A DNA stretch of 62,463 nucleotides, counting the filler, from Craspedostauros australis (lineage: Eukaryota), in assembly GCA_030167865.1 (NCBI GenBank). It is 10 parts of 10 records of this genome, joined end to end, with 100 filler letters (N's around TTAATTAATTAA, not from the genome) between each part and the next. Parts side by side here need not be neighbours in the genome. Positions count along the whole stretch, not along the records: positions 43,745 to 46,554 come from JALAGF010006621.1; positions 46,655 to 49,570 come from JALAGF010006622.1; positions 49,671 to 59,272 come from JALAGF010006623.1; 7 more parts are not named here. One strand, 5' to 3'. Of the stretch, positions 43,645 to 56,721 are shown one piece after another (the stretch's first letter is position 1; each line of letters begins with the position of its first letter). The notes under the pieces were generated by a model, which saw nothing but the letters and a program-made list of their open reading frames with translations, had not been told where the DNA came from and made no database searches. Made by a program: the position numbers and the translations under genes.

Positions 43645-43744
43645 NNNNNNNNNNNNNNNNNNNNNNNNNNNNNNNNNNNNNNNNNNNNTTAATTAATTAA
43701 NNNNNNNNNNNNNNNNNNNNNNNNNNNNNNNNNNNNNNNNNNNN

Positions 43745-45708
43745 TGGAAAACCTGCGTCCAACCCACTGTTTCTCTCATTACCTCTAAAGCCGAGTTCAA
43801 TGTCACCAGCAACAATGGCAAGATGGTGATCTGGTTTCGGTCCATCCTGGACAAGATCAGCATGTGCCAACAGCATGCCATACTTATCTACAAGGACAAC
43901 CAAGGCGCCAGAATGATGGCAAACGCCAACCAACCGCTGAGGAACTCCAGGCATATCGATGTACACACATTTGCGGTCTGCGATTGGGTGGACAGAGATC
44001 TCATCCTCATTGCCNATGTGTCATCCAACCCCAATGCTTCGGATCTGTGCAACAAGCAGATGCCTGTGATTCTGTTCTTTTGACATACGGACCTACTCAT
44101 GGGATGCATTCCATCATTCTACGTTCGCCAGTGAATGCCGCCAGTGGAGTGCGGTGATCCCAGTCTTCTCTGTACGACAGAGTGGAATGTTTCCACTAGC
44201 TAACACAAGCGTGTGGGGTGTTGGCATCTGTACACATGTACGATGACAGATGTCATCGACAGCAACAACAGCTGACACAACAAACAACATCACAACCCCG
44301 TAGTCACGAATCCATCATCAGCACGAAATCATACACACAACACACACGATACTGACAAATTCANACANCAATTGGACAACACCANGCATTTNGTCNGTAG
44401 AAACCATAAAANTATGAANATAGCACGATAATTACACGATTCGGGAAATGGATGAGTGCTGCAATCAGTCAGAAATCACGTTTTCACGACGCAACCAAAA
44501 CGACAACACAAAAAAATTGGCTTCGAAACGTAAAAAATGGAGAAGGAAAACTCACGACATGATCAACGTGACGTGTCGGACAAACCCTTCGGAAGCCCGA
44601 AGGCGTCATCAGTTAACAATAACTATGGCGTTGCATGAACCGACCATCATGATTGGCTGGTTGGTTCGTGGCGTTATGTCAAANNNNNNNNNNNNNNNNN
44701 NNNNNNNNNNNNNNNNNNNNNNNNNNNNNNNNNATCCATCATCAGCACGAAATCATACACACAACACACACGATACTGACAAATTCAAACAACAATTGGA
44801 CAACACCAGGCATTTTGTCGGTAGAAACCATAAAAATATGAATATAGCACGATAATTACACGATTCGGGAAATGGATGAGTGCTGCAATCAGTCAGAAAT
44901 CACGTTTTCACGACGCAACCAAAACGACAACACAAAAAAATTGGCTTCGAAACGTAAAAAATGGAGAAGGAAAACTCACGACATGATCAACGTGACGTGT
45001 CGGACAAACCCTTCGGAAGCCCGAAGGCGTCATCAGTTAACAATAACTATGGCGTTGCATGAACCGACCATCATGATTGGCTGGTTGGTTCGTGGCGTTA
45101 TGTCAAACCTCTTATTGGGCGGGAACGCAATGATGTCTGCGACAGGTCACAAAACCACCGATGTCCTCAACACGAGGGGAGTTCTCACGTTTCCTTTCAA
45201 ACAAATATCGATTGCGTACTTGTGAACACAAATAAAATGTCAAATAGAAAATCGATGTTTCGTAATTTTGTCATTGCGTCGTTCTTTGCATGTTGCCAAG
45301 TGTTCTATTTCGTCTGTGGAACTGGAGGACGGTTTGTACTTACGGAACAGAGTGTGGCGTCACACCAAGAATTAACCTTCCAAGCACTCGAACAAGTGAA
45401 AGCACACGAACCAACTCTTGCACAGTGTTTCAATGATAGAAACGTGGAGACATGGCGCCGGACAAGCAGTCTAAATGTGGAGATGCTGTCCTCTGTTTTA
45501 TGGTATGGTTTAAATGGTATCTACATACATTGGTACATCAACTATTGATGATACTGCGATGGGTACCAAAGGTCAACAAGGATGCGTCAGACCAGGGTGG
45601 GAGGCGACTGGGAAATTGGTCTCCCGCAGCTCCCAAAGTCGGCCACCACGACACGGTGTCGAACCGATGATAAAATAGATAAGTGGAAATCATTTCGGAA
45701 CAGAGGAA
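43745..45708 (-). mobile_element. Dispersed repeat, copy 2 (copia RNase H remnant plus mariner-like end)
   Basis: Inverted match to 36674-38236; internal gap-flanking duplication 44309-44683 / 44734-45107. Confidence 0.7.
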
Positions 45709-45742
45709 TATTATATTATACAAACAACCACCAACAGCAAAA

Positions 45743-46189
45743 ATGACAACATCCACAATGATCCACGAACACTTCTCCGCCATTACCGAGGTCCGTCCAG
45801 GACGCTCCATGTTCGCAAGATGTCTCCTCATCGGAACGGATAACATCGCTGAGACCACCATCAACCTCGTTTGCGCGCACGGCATGATGGGATCCTGCAA
45901 GCAATTCGGCGGAGTTTGGGAACCCTTGGCAGATCTTCTCGCCGCGTCGCCGTCCACCAAGATGGCCGTCTGGATGTTCGATCAACTGGGTTGCGGTCGC
46001 ACGCCGGGATCGCCGTCGGCCTCGGATTTCACCGACATCGAAATCGAACGCGACATCGCGGGTCTTATCACGGCGCGGGTCGGCCTCAGCAAGCCGATCC
46101 TCTTCATGGGTCATTCCTACGCGGCCCAAACCATCCTGAAGCTCGTGCGCGATTTCCCCGATATCCATAAAGAAATTCGTCCACGATAA
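45743..46189 (+). pseudogene. Alpha/beta-hydrolase, truncated after the nucleophile elbow
   Basis: VCAHGMMGS oxyanion motif, FDQLGCGRT, and MGHSYAA nucleophile motif; coding-like composition ends abruptly at ~46164. Confidence 0.75.
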
Positions 46190-46654
46190 AAGTCCAAAAT
46201 TGTCTCAGGAGACCAAGCGGATTCGAGGGGTGCCAAAATTGGTCTCCTCAGACCAAAATCAAGCAACGCGACGTTTTATCGCGATGGCATTTTCTTCGAC
46301 CACCTCGACTAAAACTATTTGTTCGCGCTCACTTTTTTCCCCCCTCATATCGTTTTTTCCGATTTCTCACAATATCCTGGCATGCCCTCCTATTTACTAT
46401 GGCTCAATGCTTCTCCTGGATGCATTGAGCCACTTGCATCTCATCACAGTTCTTCGTATACATATGTTCGTTGCATGCTTATCCATGTCCTCCACGCTCT
46501 TCACAGGACATGATCGTTCCGCAGCGTTCTTCCTCTTGCATCACAATGATTTGTNNNNNNNNNNNNNNNNNNNNNNNNNNNNNNNNNNNNNNNNNNNNTT
46601 AATTAATTAANNNNNNNNNNNNNNNNNNNNNNNNNNNNNNNNNNNNNNNNNNNN

Positions 46655-49570
46655 CTTTGTTCCGATGATGTTCTCCAATTGCGTGGCTGTGCGAGCTGCT
46701 TCTGCCCACAGCTTACTTCGAGAGCTCTTCGGTAGATGTGTCTGATTCAGCATAGCTCTCACCTTTCCGTATAGTACAGCGAATTTTCGCTCTACGCGTC
46801 CATTTTGTTGGGGAGTGGCCGCGGCGGTGTACTCGAAAGTCGGTCCGAATCCAGCGTTAAGTAGTTGCTTCTCCGTGGAGTAATTTTCTCCCGCGTTGTC
46901 ACATCTCACATTTTTCACGCTCACTTCCTGATTCGCNNNNNNNNNNNNNNNNNNNNNNNNNNNNNNNNNNNNNNNNNNNNNNNNNNNNNNNNNNNNNNNN
47001 NNNNNNNNNNNNNNNNNNNNNNNNTCGATAACCAGAAGCCAGTATTTGCCTCGGCCGAAACTGTATGTCTGAACACTCGATGTGTCCATGAACAGTCGCT
47101 CTCCGACTTTCTTTGCTCTTGGCTGTAGAGTCTTCGTCAATCCTCTTTGTCGCGATTTGCCGATCGCGCAATCCACACAAGCGTTCAGTTTCCCTGTGAC
47201 ATTCCATCCGTATTGTCCCGCAGTGCGAGAGATGGTGTAAGTGTCAACATGGCCTAACATTTTATGAATTTTGTTGATGTCGATCGGTTTCTTCGTCGNN
47301 NNNNNNNNNNNNNNNNNNNNNNNNNNNNNNNNNNNNNNNNNNNNNNNNCAGTGCGAGAGATGGTGTAAGTGTCAACATGGCCTAACATTTTATGAATTTT
47401 GTTGATGTCGATCGGTTTCTTCGTCGACACCACGACGTTGGCTTGATCGTCATGGGCAGGAGCGGCCACCATGTTCACGCCGCTCACAAATCCACTGTGC
47501 GTCGCCATGATGCGATCGAAGCGAATGCGTTGTCCCTTCTTCTCCAAGGACATGATCACACCTCGGTTGCTAATATCGAAACCGTTTTCGAGAGCCTTGT
47601 TGATGCTCAAGAGGTTGACCCATAGCTNAGGCACGTACTTCACCGACTTGAGGAGGATGATTGCGGTATCGCCATTCTTCTGCATGACCTTCATCCGCTT
47701 GTCCCCCACCTTGGTTGCCTTGAGGTATCGACCGCTGCCTACCTTGATGGAGTGATTCGCTGTGCGCACGTTGATCATACCCTCGTCGTTGTTCGTGAGG
47801 TGACAGGAGGCGCCGGAATCTCCCAACCAGGTGTTGGCCTCGTGGCGGTCGGGTGCGATGGTCGACTTGCGCGTATNNNNNNNNNNNNNNNNNNNNNNNN
47901 NNNNNNNNNNNNNNNNNNNNNNNNNNTTCACCGACTTGAGGAGGATGATTGCGGTATCGCCATTCTTCTGCATGACCTTCATCCGCTTGTCCCCCACCTT
48001 GGTTGCCTTGAGGTATCGACCGCTGCCTACCTTGATGGAGTGATTCGCTGTGCGCACGTTGATCATACCCTCGTCGTTGTTCGTGAGGTGACAGGAGGCG
48101 CCGGAATCTCCCAACCAGGTGTNGGCCTCGTGGCNGTCGGGTGCGATGGTCGACTTGCGCGTATCGACGTCGTCCAAGTCGCCGATCACCATTGCCATTT
48201 CGTGGCCGTTGGCATCGCTGTACAGTGGTAACTCGCAGTGGGTGCGATAATCACGGACGCCGTTGATGCTCGGATGATGCATCCACATCAGCTGCTCCGA
48301 TGCGATGCTGCTCATTGCTCCGATCAGCGCCTGTTGGATTGGCAGAAGACGAACACTCTCCAGTATTCCATTCATCCTGTATGCATTCACGCACACGTCG
48401 AGTGCACCTCGCACTCCGATTTGGTGCATCAAGTAATACAGGGAGCGTGGTTCCACCCCCGTCAATCTGAGGGTTGCAATGTTATGCACTGCCTCGATGC
48501 AGATGAGGGAGAGTTCGGACCGGACGTCGTTTGGTGAAAGGACGTTGCTCAGCGAGCACCGGGCGGTCACGAACAACATTCCGCTCGTCTCATCTAGCAC
48601 TTCTCTGCGCACCATCCTTTCGCCTTCGTTTCTAGGCACGGCACCTCTTGGCTCGTTGGCGAGCTGGATGAAGAAGGGTATGTTCGGGCAGTCCACGCAC
48701 CATGCGTAGAGAGGCCCTCGCTTGAGGCACAACGGACACCATCCGTTGTTCATGTCGCGACGCGATGATTGCTCGATCATGTCGTCGAGTGCGCTTGGAC
48801 GGNNNNNNNNNNNNNNNNNNNNNNNNNNNNNNNNNNNNNNNNNNNNNNNNNNNNNNNNNNNNNNNNNNNNNNNNNNNNNNNNNNNNNNNNNNNNNNNNNN
48901 NNNNNNNNNNNNNNNNNNNNNNNNNNNNNNNNNNNNNNNNNNNNNNNNTTTGATCATCTCCTCGTCGTTGATAGGGGGCCCGTAGTAACCGTACTCTCGT
49001 GGAGAGTGCTTGGCCATATCTTCGGAAGTCCACGCTCTCTCCGCGTTGGGTGTTTCGCTTTCGAAGCTGGCGGTTCCGTCGACGTCGATTGTGACGAACG
49101 CCATGTCGTCCATCATCACATCATCATCGTGTAAAAACACACGGTCCTGTGTGGTCACATTTCTGTCTTGGTTCGCGAATTCGGTGATTTTGTTGAGTTT
49201 TTCGCTGATCACACTTTCTTCTTCGGTCGCGTCTTCGTTGATGAACACACACATCATATCGTCTGATGCGGTGAGTGCGACGTCGTCGACTCCATCCATC
49301 CCGTCGGTAGCGACGTTGGCGGAGTCCGCCTCCTTCATGGCGGCCCTGAGCTTGAAGCACTGCACAATCTTGTGCCCCTTCTTGCCGCAGTAGTTGCATT
49401 CCCCGTTGAATTTGGGTTTGCCTCCGCCGTTGCCTTGGCCCTTCGACTTGTTCTTGCCGTTGCCCCTCTTGGCTGCGGAGCGACAGTCCGCCTTCTTATG
49501 GCCGTAGGCGCCACAGTTGCGACAGTTGCCCTTGAAGCTCCCAATGGCTGCGAGTGCCATCTCCTCCTTG
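46655..49570 (-). mobile_element. Second copy of the 6043 copia family (Gag knuckles, extra domain, PR, IN)
   Basis: ORFs 47254..49560 and 46607..47260 are near-identical in protein to the 6043 ORF. Confidence 0.95.
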
Positions 49571-49670
49571 NNNNNNNNNNNNNNNNNNNNNNNNNNNNNN
49601 NNNNNNNNNNNNNNTTAATTAATTAANNNNNNNNNNNNNNNNNNNNNNNNNNNNNNNNNNNNNNNNNNNN

Positions 49671-52600
49671 AGCTCGCCACGCACTACCGGCAGCACTGCC
49701 TGGACAGCTTCGCGTTCTTCGTCTGCGGCAAGTTCGATCTGCATCAAATGGAGGAGCCCTACGCCGGCATCCGTAGTGCGATGGGGGAGCTCATGGAACA
49801 GATCAAGTTGCTGCCGCCCAACGACGTCGTCGGCGCAACCATGGACGATCCAAGGAGGGTCTCGCGCGTGCATCAGGCGCTGGTCCGCAATCTGTCGTCC
49901 AGCGAGCTGAGGACGCTGCACAAGATCGTCCCTGGTATGTACAAATGGATGACGGGCGAAGATGCCGTCACCGTCGGCACGCGGCAAAGCAAATGTGCGG
50001 ACCTCACCAGCAGGGATGCAACCAGCGACGATGTCAACAACAGCAATGTCAACAACAGCAATAATGATGACAATAGCGACACTGCAGCCATCATCACGAA
50101 TACGGAGCTGGTTGGCAGTAACTCCATGATCCAGCAGAAGTCGCTTGCAACCCTATCGATAGGATCCGACGGTGAGAGGAATCCTGCCGCGGCGGAGGGA
50201 TACAAGGAGAAGTCCGACAGGATCAAGCACACGCTCAAACGGTTCCTGCAGATCATTTGCCAACACAGCCCGCTTGTGCTCATGATGGATGACATCCAAT
50301 GGGCCGACAAGGCGTCGCTGGATCTGATCGAAACGTGGACGCTGGATGCTGAAATCCCGTCTTTGATGATCGTGGGATGCTTCAGATCCAACGAGCTGGA
50401 GCAGAATGAATCGCTGCAAGGCATGATCGGCACTCTCGAGAACTTGAAGCGAGAGCGAGCCATCCGCATCATCAACATCCATATGAGCGACCTACCCCAG
50501 CACAGCGTCCGGCGGATCCTCGTCGAGATCCTGCTGCCGGACAAGGATGACGATGTCAACGGCCTCGCGGATATCGTCCATCGCAAGACGGGCGGCAACA
50601 TCTTCTTCGTCAAGCAGTTTCTGGAATCGTTGGTTGATGACGATCTGCTGTGGTTTGATGAGGTTGGTGGGATGAAGTGGCTCTGGGAGGAACGCAAGAT
50701 CATCGCCGAGTCGTCGGCCACGGACAACATTGTGGATCTGATGAAGCACAAGCTGCATCGCGTTGATGATGCTCACCAGGCACTCCCGATTGCAGCGTGC
50801 CTCGGATGCACGTTTTCGCGCAAGAGGTTGATGCTTGTGATTCGGGCATTTTCGATCCATTCCGATCACAGGGTGTTCTTTCGAGATCTGCTGATTGAGG
50901 ATGACGCAGCGCAGCCCAAATTGGTTGGTGCCGAACCAAGACGGAAGCAACGGCGGCGGCAAAGTGTCGATCTCACATCGCATAAGAGCATACAAAAGGT
51001 CCTCGATACCTGCGAACGCGAAGGGCTCATCGAGCAACATTCCCAACATCAAACCAAGCGTGCCAAGTCGAAAACCAAGACCGAGAAGGCGCGAGCGGCA
51101 TCAAACCAAGCGCGAAACGATGATGATCGATGCACCTTCATCCACGACAAGATCCAGGAGGCGGCATTGGCGTTGGTACCCCAAGACAAGTTATCTGAGC
51201 TGCAGCATAGGGTTGGTGACATCCTGCTCTCCTCCTTCTCCAATGGCGAGATGGAGGATCACGACATCTACATGGTCGCTGGCCTCATCAACACGAGGCT
51301 TGACCTGATTCCAGCCACGGCAGAGCAATCCAACCGCCGCATGAGGATCGCCATGCTCAACTACAAGACGGCCCAGCTCGCCGTGGAGTGCGCCGCGTTT
51401 CAAGCTGCGTTGCGGTACTTCGCAACGGCCATGCAGATGCTGCCTACCAATCATTGGAAGAGCCATTTCGCCGAGAGCTTGGATATCTACGCCTCGGCAG
51501 CTGAGTGCGCATACCTCATAAATGACTCCAACAAGGCCAAGGAGTACTGCTCGGCCGTCCTATCGCTTGAGTGCCCTCTGCTTCACAAGGTCCGAACTTA
51601 TCATATCTTCCTAGAAGTCCTATTCACGGAATCTCAAGCACACAAGACGGTCAAGACGCTACCAACGTGCATCAACCTGCTCAGCATGCTTGGTTGCGAA
51701 CTGCCGAAGAGCAGCTTCAGCAGAAAGATGCGACTCATCTTTGGCCTGTCGAAGATGAAGCGAGTGGCATCAAAATGGACAGTGGAATCCTTTCGAAGCA
51801 TGCCAGCGTCACAGGATCCAACGCAAATGGCAATCGTCAAGACCCTCAACAAGTCAATCGTCATCGCCTTCGTTCTCGAGCCGGACCTATTTCCTTTGAT
51901 CATCGTCGAGTGCGTACGCAGGACCTTGAAGTACGGAATCATGCCATGCTCAGCACCTGCTTTTAGTTGCTTGGCCTTACTCGTAGGGTACTTCATGGGA
52001 GACTTCGTAACAGCAGTCAAGATTTGCAAGGTTGCTCTCGCCATAACAGATCGCGAATCAAACCAAATTTGCAAATGCCAGGTGATGTACACTGCTTGCC
52101 TGGGCACCATGCACTGGGTCAGACCTCTGGGGGAGATACCAGCGCCTTTTTGGGAGGCTTACGAGCTGGGCATGGCCTGCGGGGATGTCGACTCGGCCAT
52201 CCGGGCTCTCATGTACTATTGGCTAGCGAGATTCTACATCGGAGTCCCGCTGCCTCAGCTCGATGAGGAAATGCTGAAGTACTCGAAGGTCATGGAAGAC
52301 TTTCAGAGGGCGGACACAAGAAGCATCATCAACGTGACTTGGCAATCAATACGGAACTTGCGCGGTCTCTCGGACAATGACATCAAGCTGAAGGGAGACA
52401 TATTCGACGAAGATGCCTTCTTCCGAAACGCCGCGGAGGAAAACGACAATTTCGTGTCGCTTGTGGTGATGTCATGTCGGCAAACGCAGGGCGTTTTCCT
52501 CGGCGAGTACGAGTACGGAGCTTCGGCATCGGTGAAAATCTTCGATGAGGAGCTGAAGGTATTTGCTGGATCGTTCTTCCTGCCGCTTGCCGCGTGCTAT

Positions 52601-53101
52601 TCCGGGGTCTGCTGCTACGCTGCCTCCCACAGCACATCCAACAAGGCCGATGCGAAGCGATATCGCAAATTTGCTGACAAATGCCGAAAGCAGCTGCAAG
52701 TATGGGCAGACAAGGGCAATCCAAACTGCGACCACAGACTCGCCCTCCTGGAGGCGGAGCACAAGATGTTGCGATCAAAGTACGACTTTGCCCTCTTCAA
52801 GTTCAGGAGTGTCATCGAGATGACCGACAAGCTCGGATGCATCNNNNNNNNNNNNNNNNNNNNNNNNNNNNNNNNNNNNNNNNNNNNNNNNATGGGCAAG
52901 AGAGACGTCGCTCTTCTGGCCATGGCGGAAGCCATCAGGCTGTACGAGGAGTGGGGTGCAATGAAAAAGGTTGAGAAGCTGAGGTTGGCATCCGAGAAGA
53001 TGCGACAGGGGGCACGGGCTGATGGTGTCGCTGTTTCGGTTGGTGGGGATACTGATACGGTGCCGTTCGCGGCAGGTTCGACAGGCACGGCAAGTGCGTG
53101 A
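49671..53101 (+). CDS. STAND/AAA ATPase (COG3899-like) with C-terminal helical/TPR region; 5' end lost in gap
   Basis: GKFD, PLVLMMDDIQWAD (Walker B), GCFRSNE, KTGGNIFFVKQFL, FIHDKIQEAA, and terminal AIRLYEEWGAMKKV; 53169-53497 duplicates the 3' end. Confidence 0.85.
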
Positions 53102-55101
53102 AGCGGCAAGAAGTAAATNNNNNNNNNNNNNNNNNNNNNNNNNNNNNNNNNNNNNNNNNNNNNNNNNNCCTCTTCAAGTTCAGGAGTGTCATCGAGATGA
53201 CCGACAAGCTCGGATGCATCCATGAACAAGCCTTGGCGAATGAGCGGCTGTCGGAGTGCTTGGTGAGGATGGGCAAGAGAGACGTCGCTCTTCTGGCCAT
53301 GGCGGAAGCCATCAGGCTGTACGAGGAGTGGGGTGCAATGAAAAAGGTTGAGAAGCTGAGGTTGGCATCCGAGAAGATGCGACAGGGGGCACGGGCTGAT
53401 GGTGTCGCTGTTTCGGTTGGTGGGGATACTGATACGGTGCCGTTCGCGGCAGGTTCGACAGGCACGGCAAGTGCGTGAAGCGGCAAGAAGTAAATAAGTA
53501 ATATAATAGAGTAGACCGCTTGTGATCGAGTGTGATTATGTCGGTGGGTAGATGCGAGGAAGCATGAGTAGGCATGGTACACCGTACCATGGAATAGATG
53601 GTTTGACTGCACCGTGCTGTGCTGCTCTGTGCTCTTGAGGAGATTGGTGTGGTGTGGTGCTGTGTTGAGTTGTTCGTAGATTTCTGCGGTTCCGGTCCTT
53701 TTTGGATTTTGTGAGGAAGTTCCGTATCCACGTCTGGATCAAGGCTGCGACACAACCACGACATTCGAAGACACCAACACATAGCGAGATTGAGTCACGC
53801 GACGTCACAACCCAGACACGTACGACCTCCACACCAACAAATGAGAACAAGAATCCAGAAGCAGAAGATCGTGGAAGGTGGAGACATCACCAACAACAAC
53901 CAAGAGACGCGCTCACCACAACACAGCACACTGCGCACACCATGGTCTCCGATTACCACAATACTCACACAAACACGCTTCCCTCTACTCGTACGACTAA
54001 TGGTACAAACACTTCCGAGATGATGGGCGCGGTCTTCGCTGCTTCAATTCCGCCGCCTGAGCAGGTCAGACACCAACGTTGCGCGGAAAATGGCAGGTGA
54101 TGGACGAGAGAGCTGAAGTCGGACCACGCGTCATGTGGTCTCTTGGCGTCGACTTCGGTTGCGCGTATCTTCCGACAGATGATGCCAATCCCCAAGTTGT
54201 CAAGCTGGAGCACTGAGCAAGACTCTCACCCTGCGGCGAATTCGTCCTGAGGCGTGGAAAGCAACGGCATGGCAGCGAAGCATCGCATGGCATCGGTGCG
54301 CTGCACAGGAGATGCATCGCTTTGGACGCCGGAGCAGTCGCCAACCCAGCCAAGTGGTTGGACCACATCAAGCCTCGCGCACTCCGCCAGCGGCGAGCGA
54401 TCGCATGAAACATAACCAAAGAGCAATTGGCGTGGCACATGGTTCTTGCTTCGTTGCTTGGCTCATCTGCTGCCCCAATGGCTGGCCCAATGGCTGGCCC
54501 GAACAACAGAGCAAACGCCCGCGTATAACAAGACACCAAGGGTATGACGACGAATATGAATGTGAATCCAGCGGAGGCTCCACGGCGCTGGCTCCACTCA
54601 TATTCCATGCTCCTCGCCTACCGACATTCGCACTCACACTCACACTCATATTCATATTCACACTCATATTCACAGCCAGCTTGTCTCCCCTTCGCATCAA
54701 CACGCCGCACAACTGAATTTAACAATGATCGAGTGATTGTTTGATGTCGTGGTAGTTCCGCTTGCAGCACTCTCTTCGGAACGTGCAAACCAACTTTCGT
54801 CTTTTCACTCAACGCGAGCGTTGGTGTTGAATCGGTGCATGACTCGGCATGTGCGATGCGGCATTGGACTGATAACTCGTCATCTCCTTCACCTTGACTG
54901 CACAGTGACTACTCATACAAGTCTCACTCCCTACGAATCTGAAGGCTCTCTTGATAAAGTAATATAGAGAATATCTAATTGTTCAGACTTTGTCATCTGC
55001 GCCCTCCACTGCATGATACGTTTGCTCCTCAAGCGCCGTTGCTGCAGTGAACTGCTTCACTCCTCTTCCTCGGTGGTGCCGTCCACCTCAATCACTTCGG
55101 A

Positions 55102-56721
55102 TCAATTGGTTTTCATAGAGCTGGTTCTCATCGAGCGGACGAAGTCCACCAGTGCCGCCCGATCCATGTATGCATCCACTCGCGCGGTACCCTCGTCTTC
55201 GCTCAGCGCCTCGTACAACTCCATCATGGACATACGGTTGTACTCATCATCAATACCATCGCTCTCCATTCTACCATGGCAGAGGTCATGAATGGCTCCC
55301 ATTAGGTGAGGATGATGAAATAGCTGCTTGGAATCTGGATGACTGAACAATTTGTTCTCATATTCAGCTGCCATCCTCATTGCGGTATCCTTCAACAGTG
55401 TATAGTTGTGTTGACGGGCGGATAGCAATGCGTCTATCATGGTGTCCTCTGTGAGATGCTTGCGGGCCAACTCTGCTTCAAGGACAAGCTTGAGTCGCCA
55501 GAAACCGAACTCATTGGCCACAAGGATCAGATGTTGCAGATCATCCTGTCCAGTGAGGGTGGGAGTTGGCTGGTTTGCGTCATCATCGCCAGCGAAGTCA
55601 TGAGCGCTGTCATTCAAGGATATCTCACCTGTGTAGATGCATTGGAGGACTTATCGGACGTGCCTTGGTTGGAGGTGGGGAAGAGGGATGGTTGTTTGGA
55701 TGGAGCCGCGCCGTCTTCGGTGTCATCATTCGCGTGCTGATGTCGGATTCCTTTGTCGACCAGTGTCTCAATGGATGGGGCAGCGATCAGGAGGACTCCA
55801 GAGTTTGCCTTCATTGGTTGTTGTTGGTCGCCCTGTCCACACGAGGGGATGGTGTCTGCCCTGTTCTCGGTTTGGAAGGATCTGAGCCGGTCTTATCCAA
55901 TGCTGATGTTGGTCCTCTTGTGGCTACTGTTCTTGTGGTTGTTCATTTGCTTGTTCGTTTTGTTGTAAGTGTTGCTGCAGTTGTTGCAGTTGTGAGTGAA
56001 CTGAAGGTGAAAGTCCTCTGACGAGGGACTCCATACACTCCAGGTGGCCACGCGTGCATGCCCAACGAAGGGGAGTTTCACCTTGGTTGTTTTGACAGTT
56101 GATGTTCGCCCCACCTGATTCGATGAGGTACTTCACACACTCCAGCTTGCCATTGGAGCATGCCTCATGAAGGGGAGTCCAACCATAGTTGTTTTTGCAG
56201 TTGATGTTCGCCTCACCTGATTCAATGAGGTACTTGACACACTCCAGGTGGCCGTTGTAGCATGCCCGATGAAGGGGAGTGGAACCTATGTTGTTTTTGC
56301 AGTTGATGTCCGCCTCACATGATTCGATGAGGTACTCCACGCACTCCAGGTGGCCGTTGTGGCATGCTACATGAAGGGGAGTGAGACCATTGTTGTCTTT
56401 GCAGTTGACGTCGGCCCTGCATGATTTGATGAGGTACTTGACACACTCCAGGTGGCCGTTGTAGCATGTATCATGAAGGAGAGTGTCACCATCGCTGTCT
56501 TTGCAGCTGATGTCCGCCTCACATGATTTGATGAGGTACTTGACACACTCCAGGTGGCCGTTGCAGCATGCCAGATGAAGGGGAGTCCAACCACCGATGG
56601 TTTTGAAGTTGACATCAACTCCTTCATTCTGCGTCTTGTTCTGCCTCTTCCATTCCTTCAACACTGACAAGTCACCTGCCTTGGCAGCATCAATGAGTTG
56701 TTGGTTGGTAACACTCGGCAT
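55102..56721 (-). pseudogene. Ankyrin-repeat + BTB/BACK-like + SAP-like protein with disrupted BTB region
   Basis: About 6 near-tandem ankyrin repeats (TPLHxACxNGHLECVKYLI, 102-bp period); BTB motifs MKANSGVL and HVR*VLQCIYTGEI are in different frames with an in-frame stop; post-BTB helices in ORF 55102..55617. Confidence 0.7.

Noticed and set aside
900..53497. Local direct duplications flanking N gaps (e.g. 1003-1185/1333-1515, 8182-8259/8310-8388, 12075-12237, 14908-15164/15215-15471, 47637-47876/47928-48164, 53169-53497)
   Set aside because: Near-identical overlaps at gap edges, best explained as unmerged contig or haplotype ends.
53700..54970. Short ORFs and hexamer microsatellite
   Set aside because: No recognisable product.
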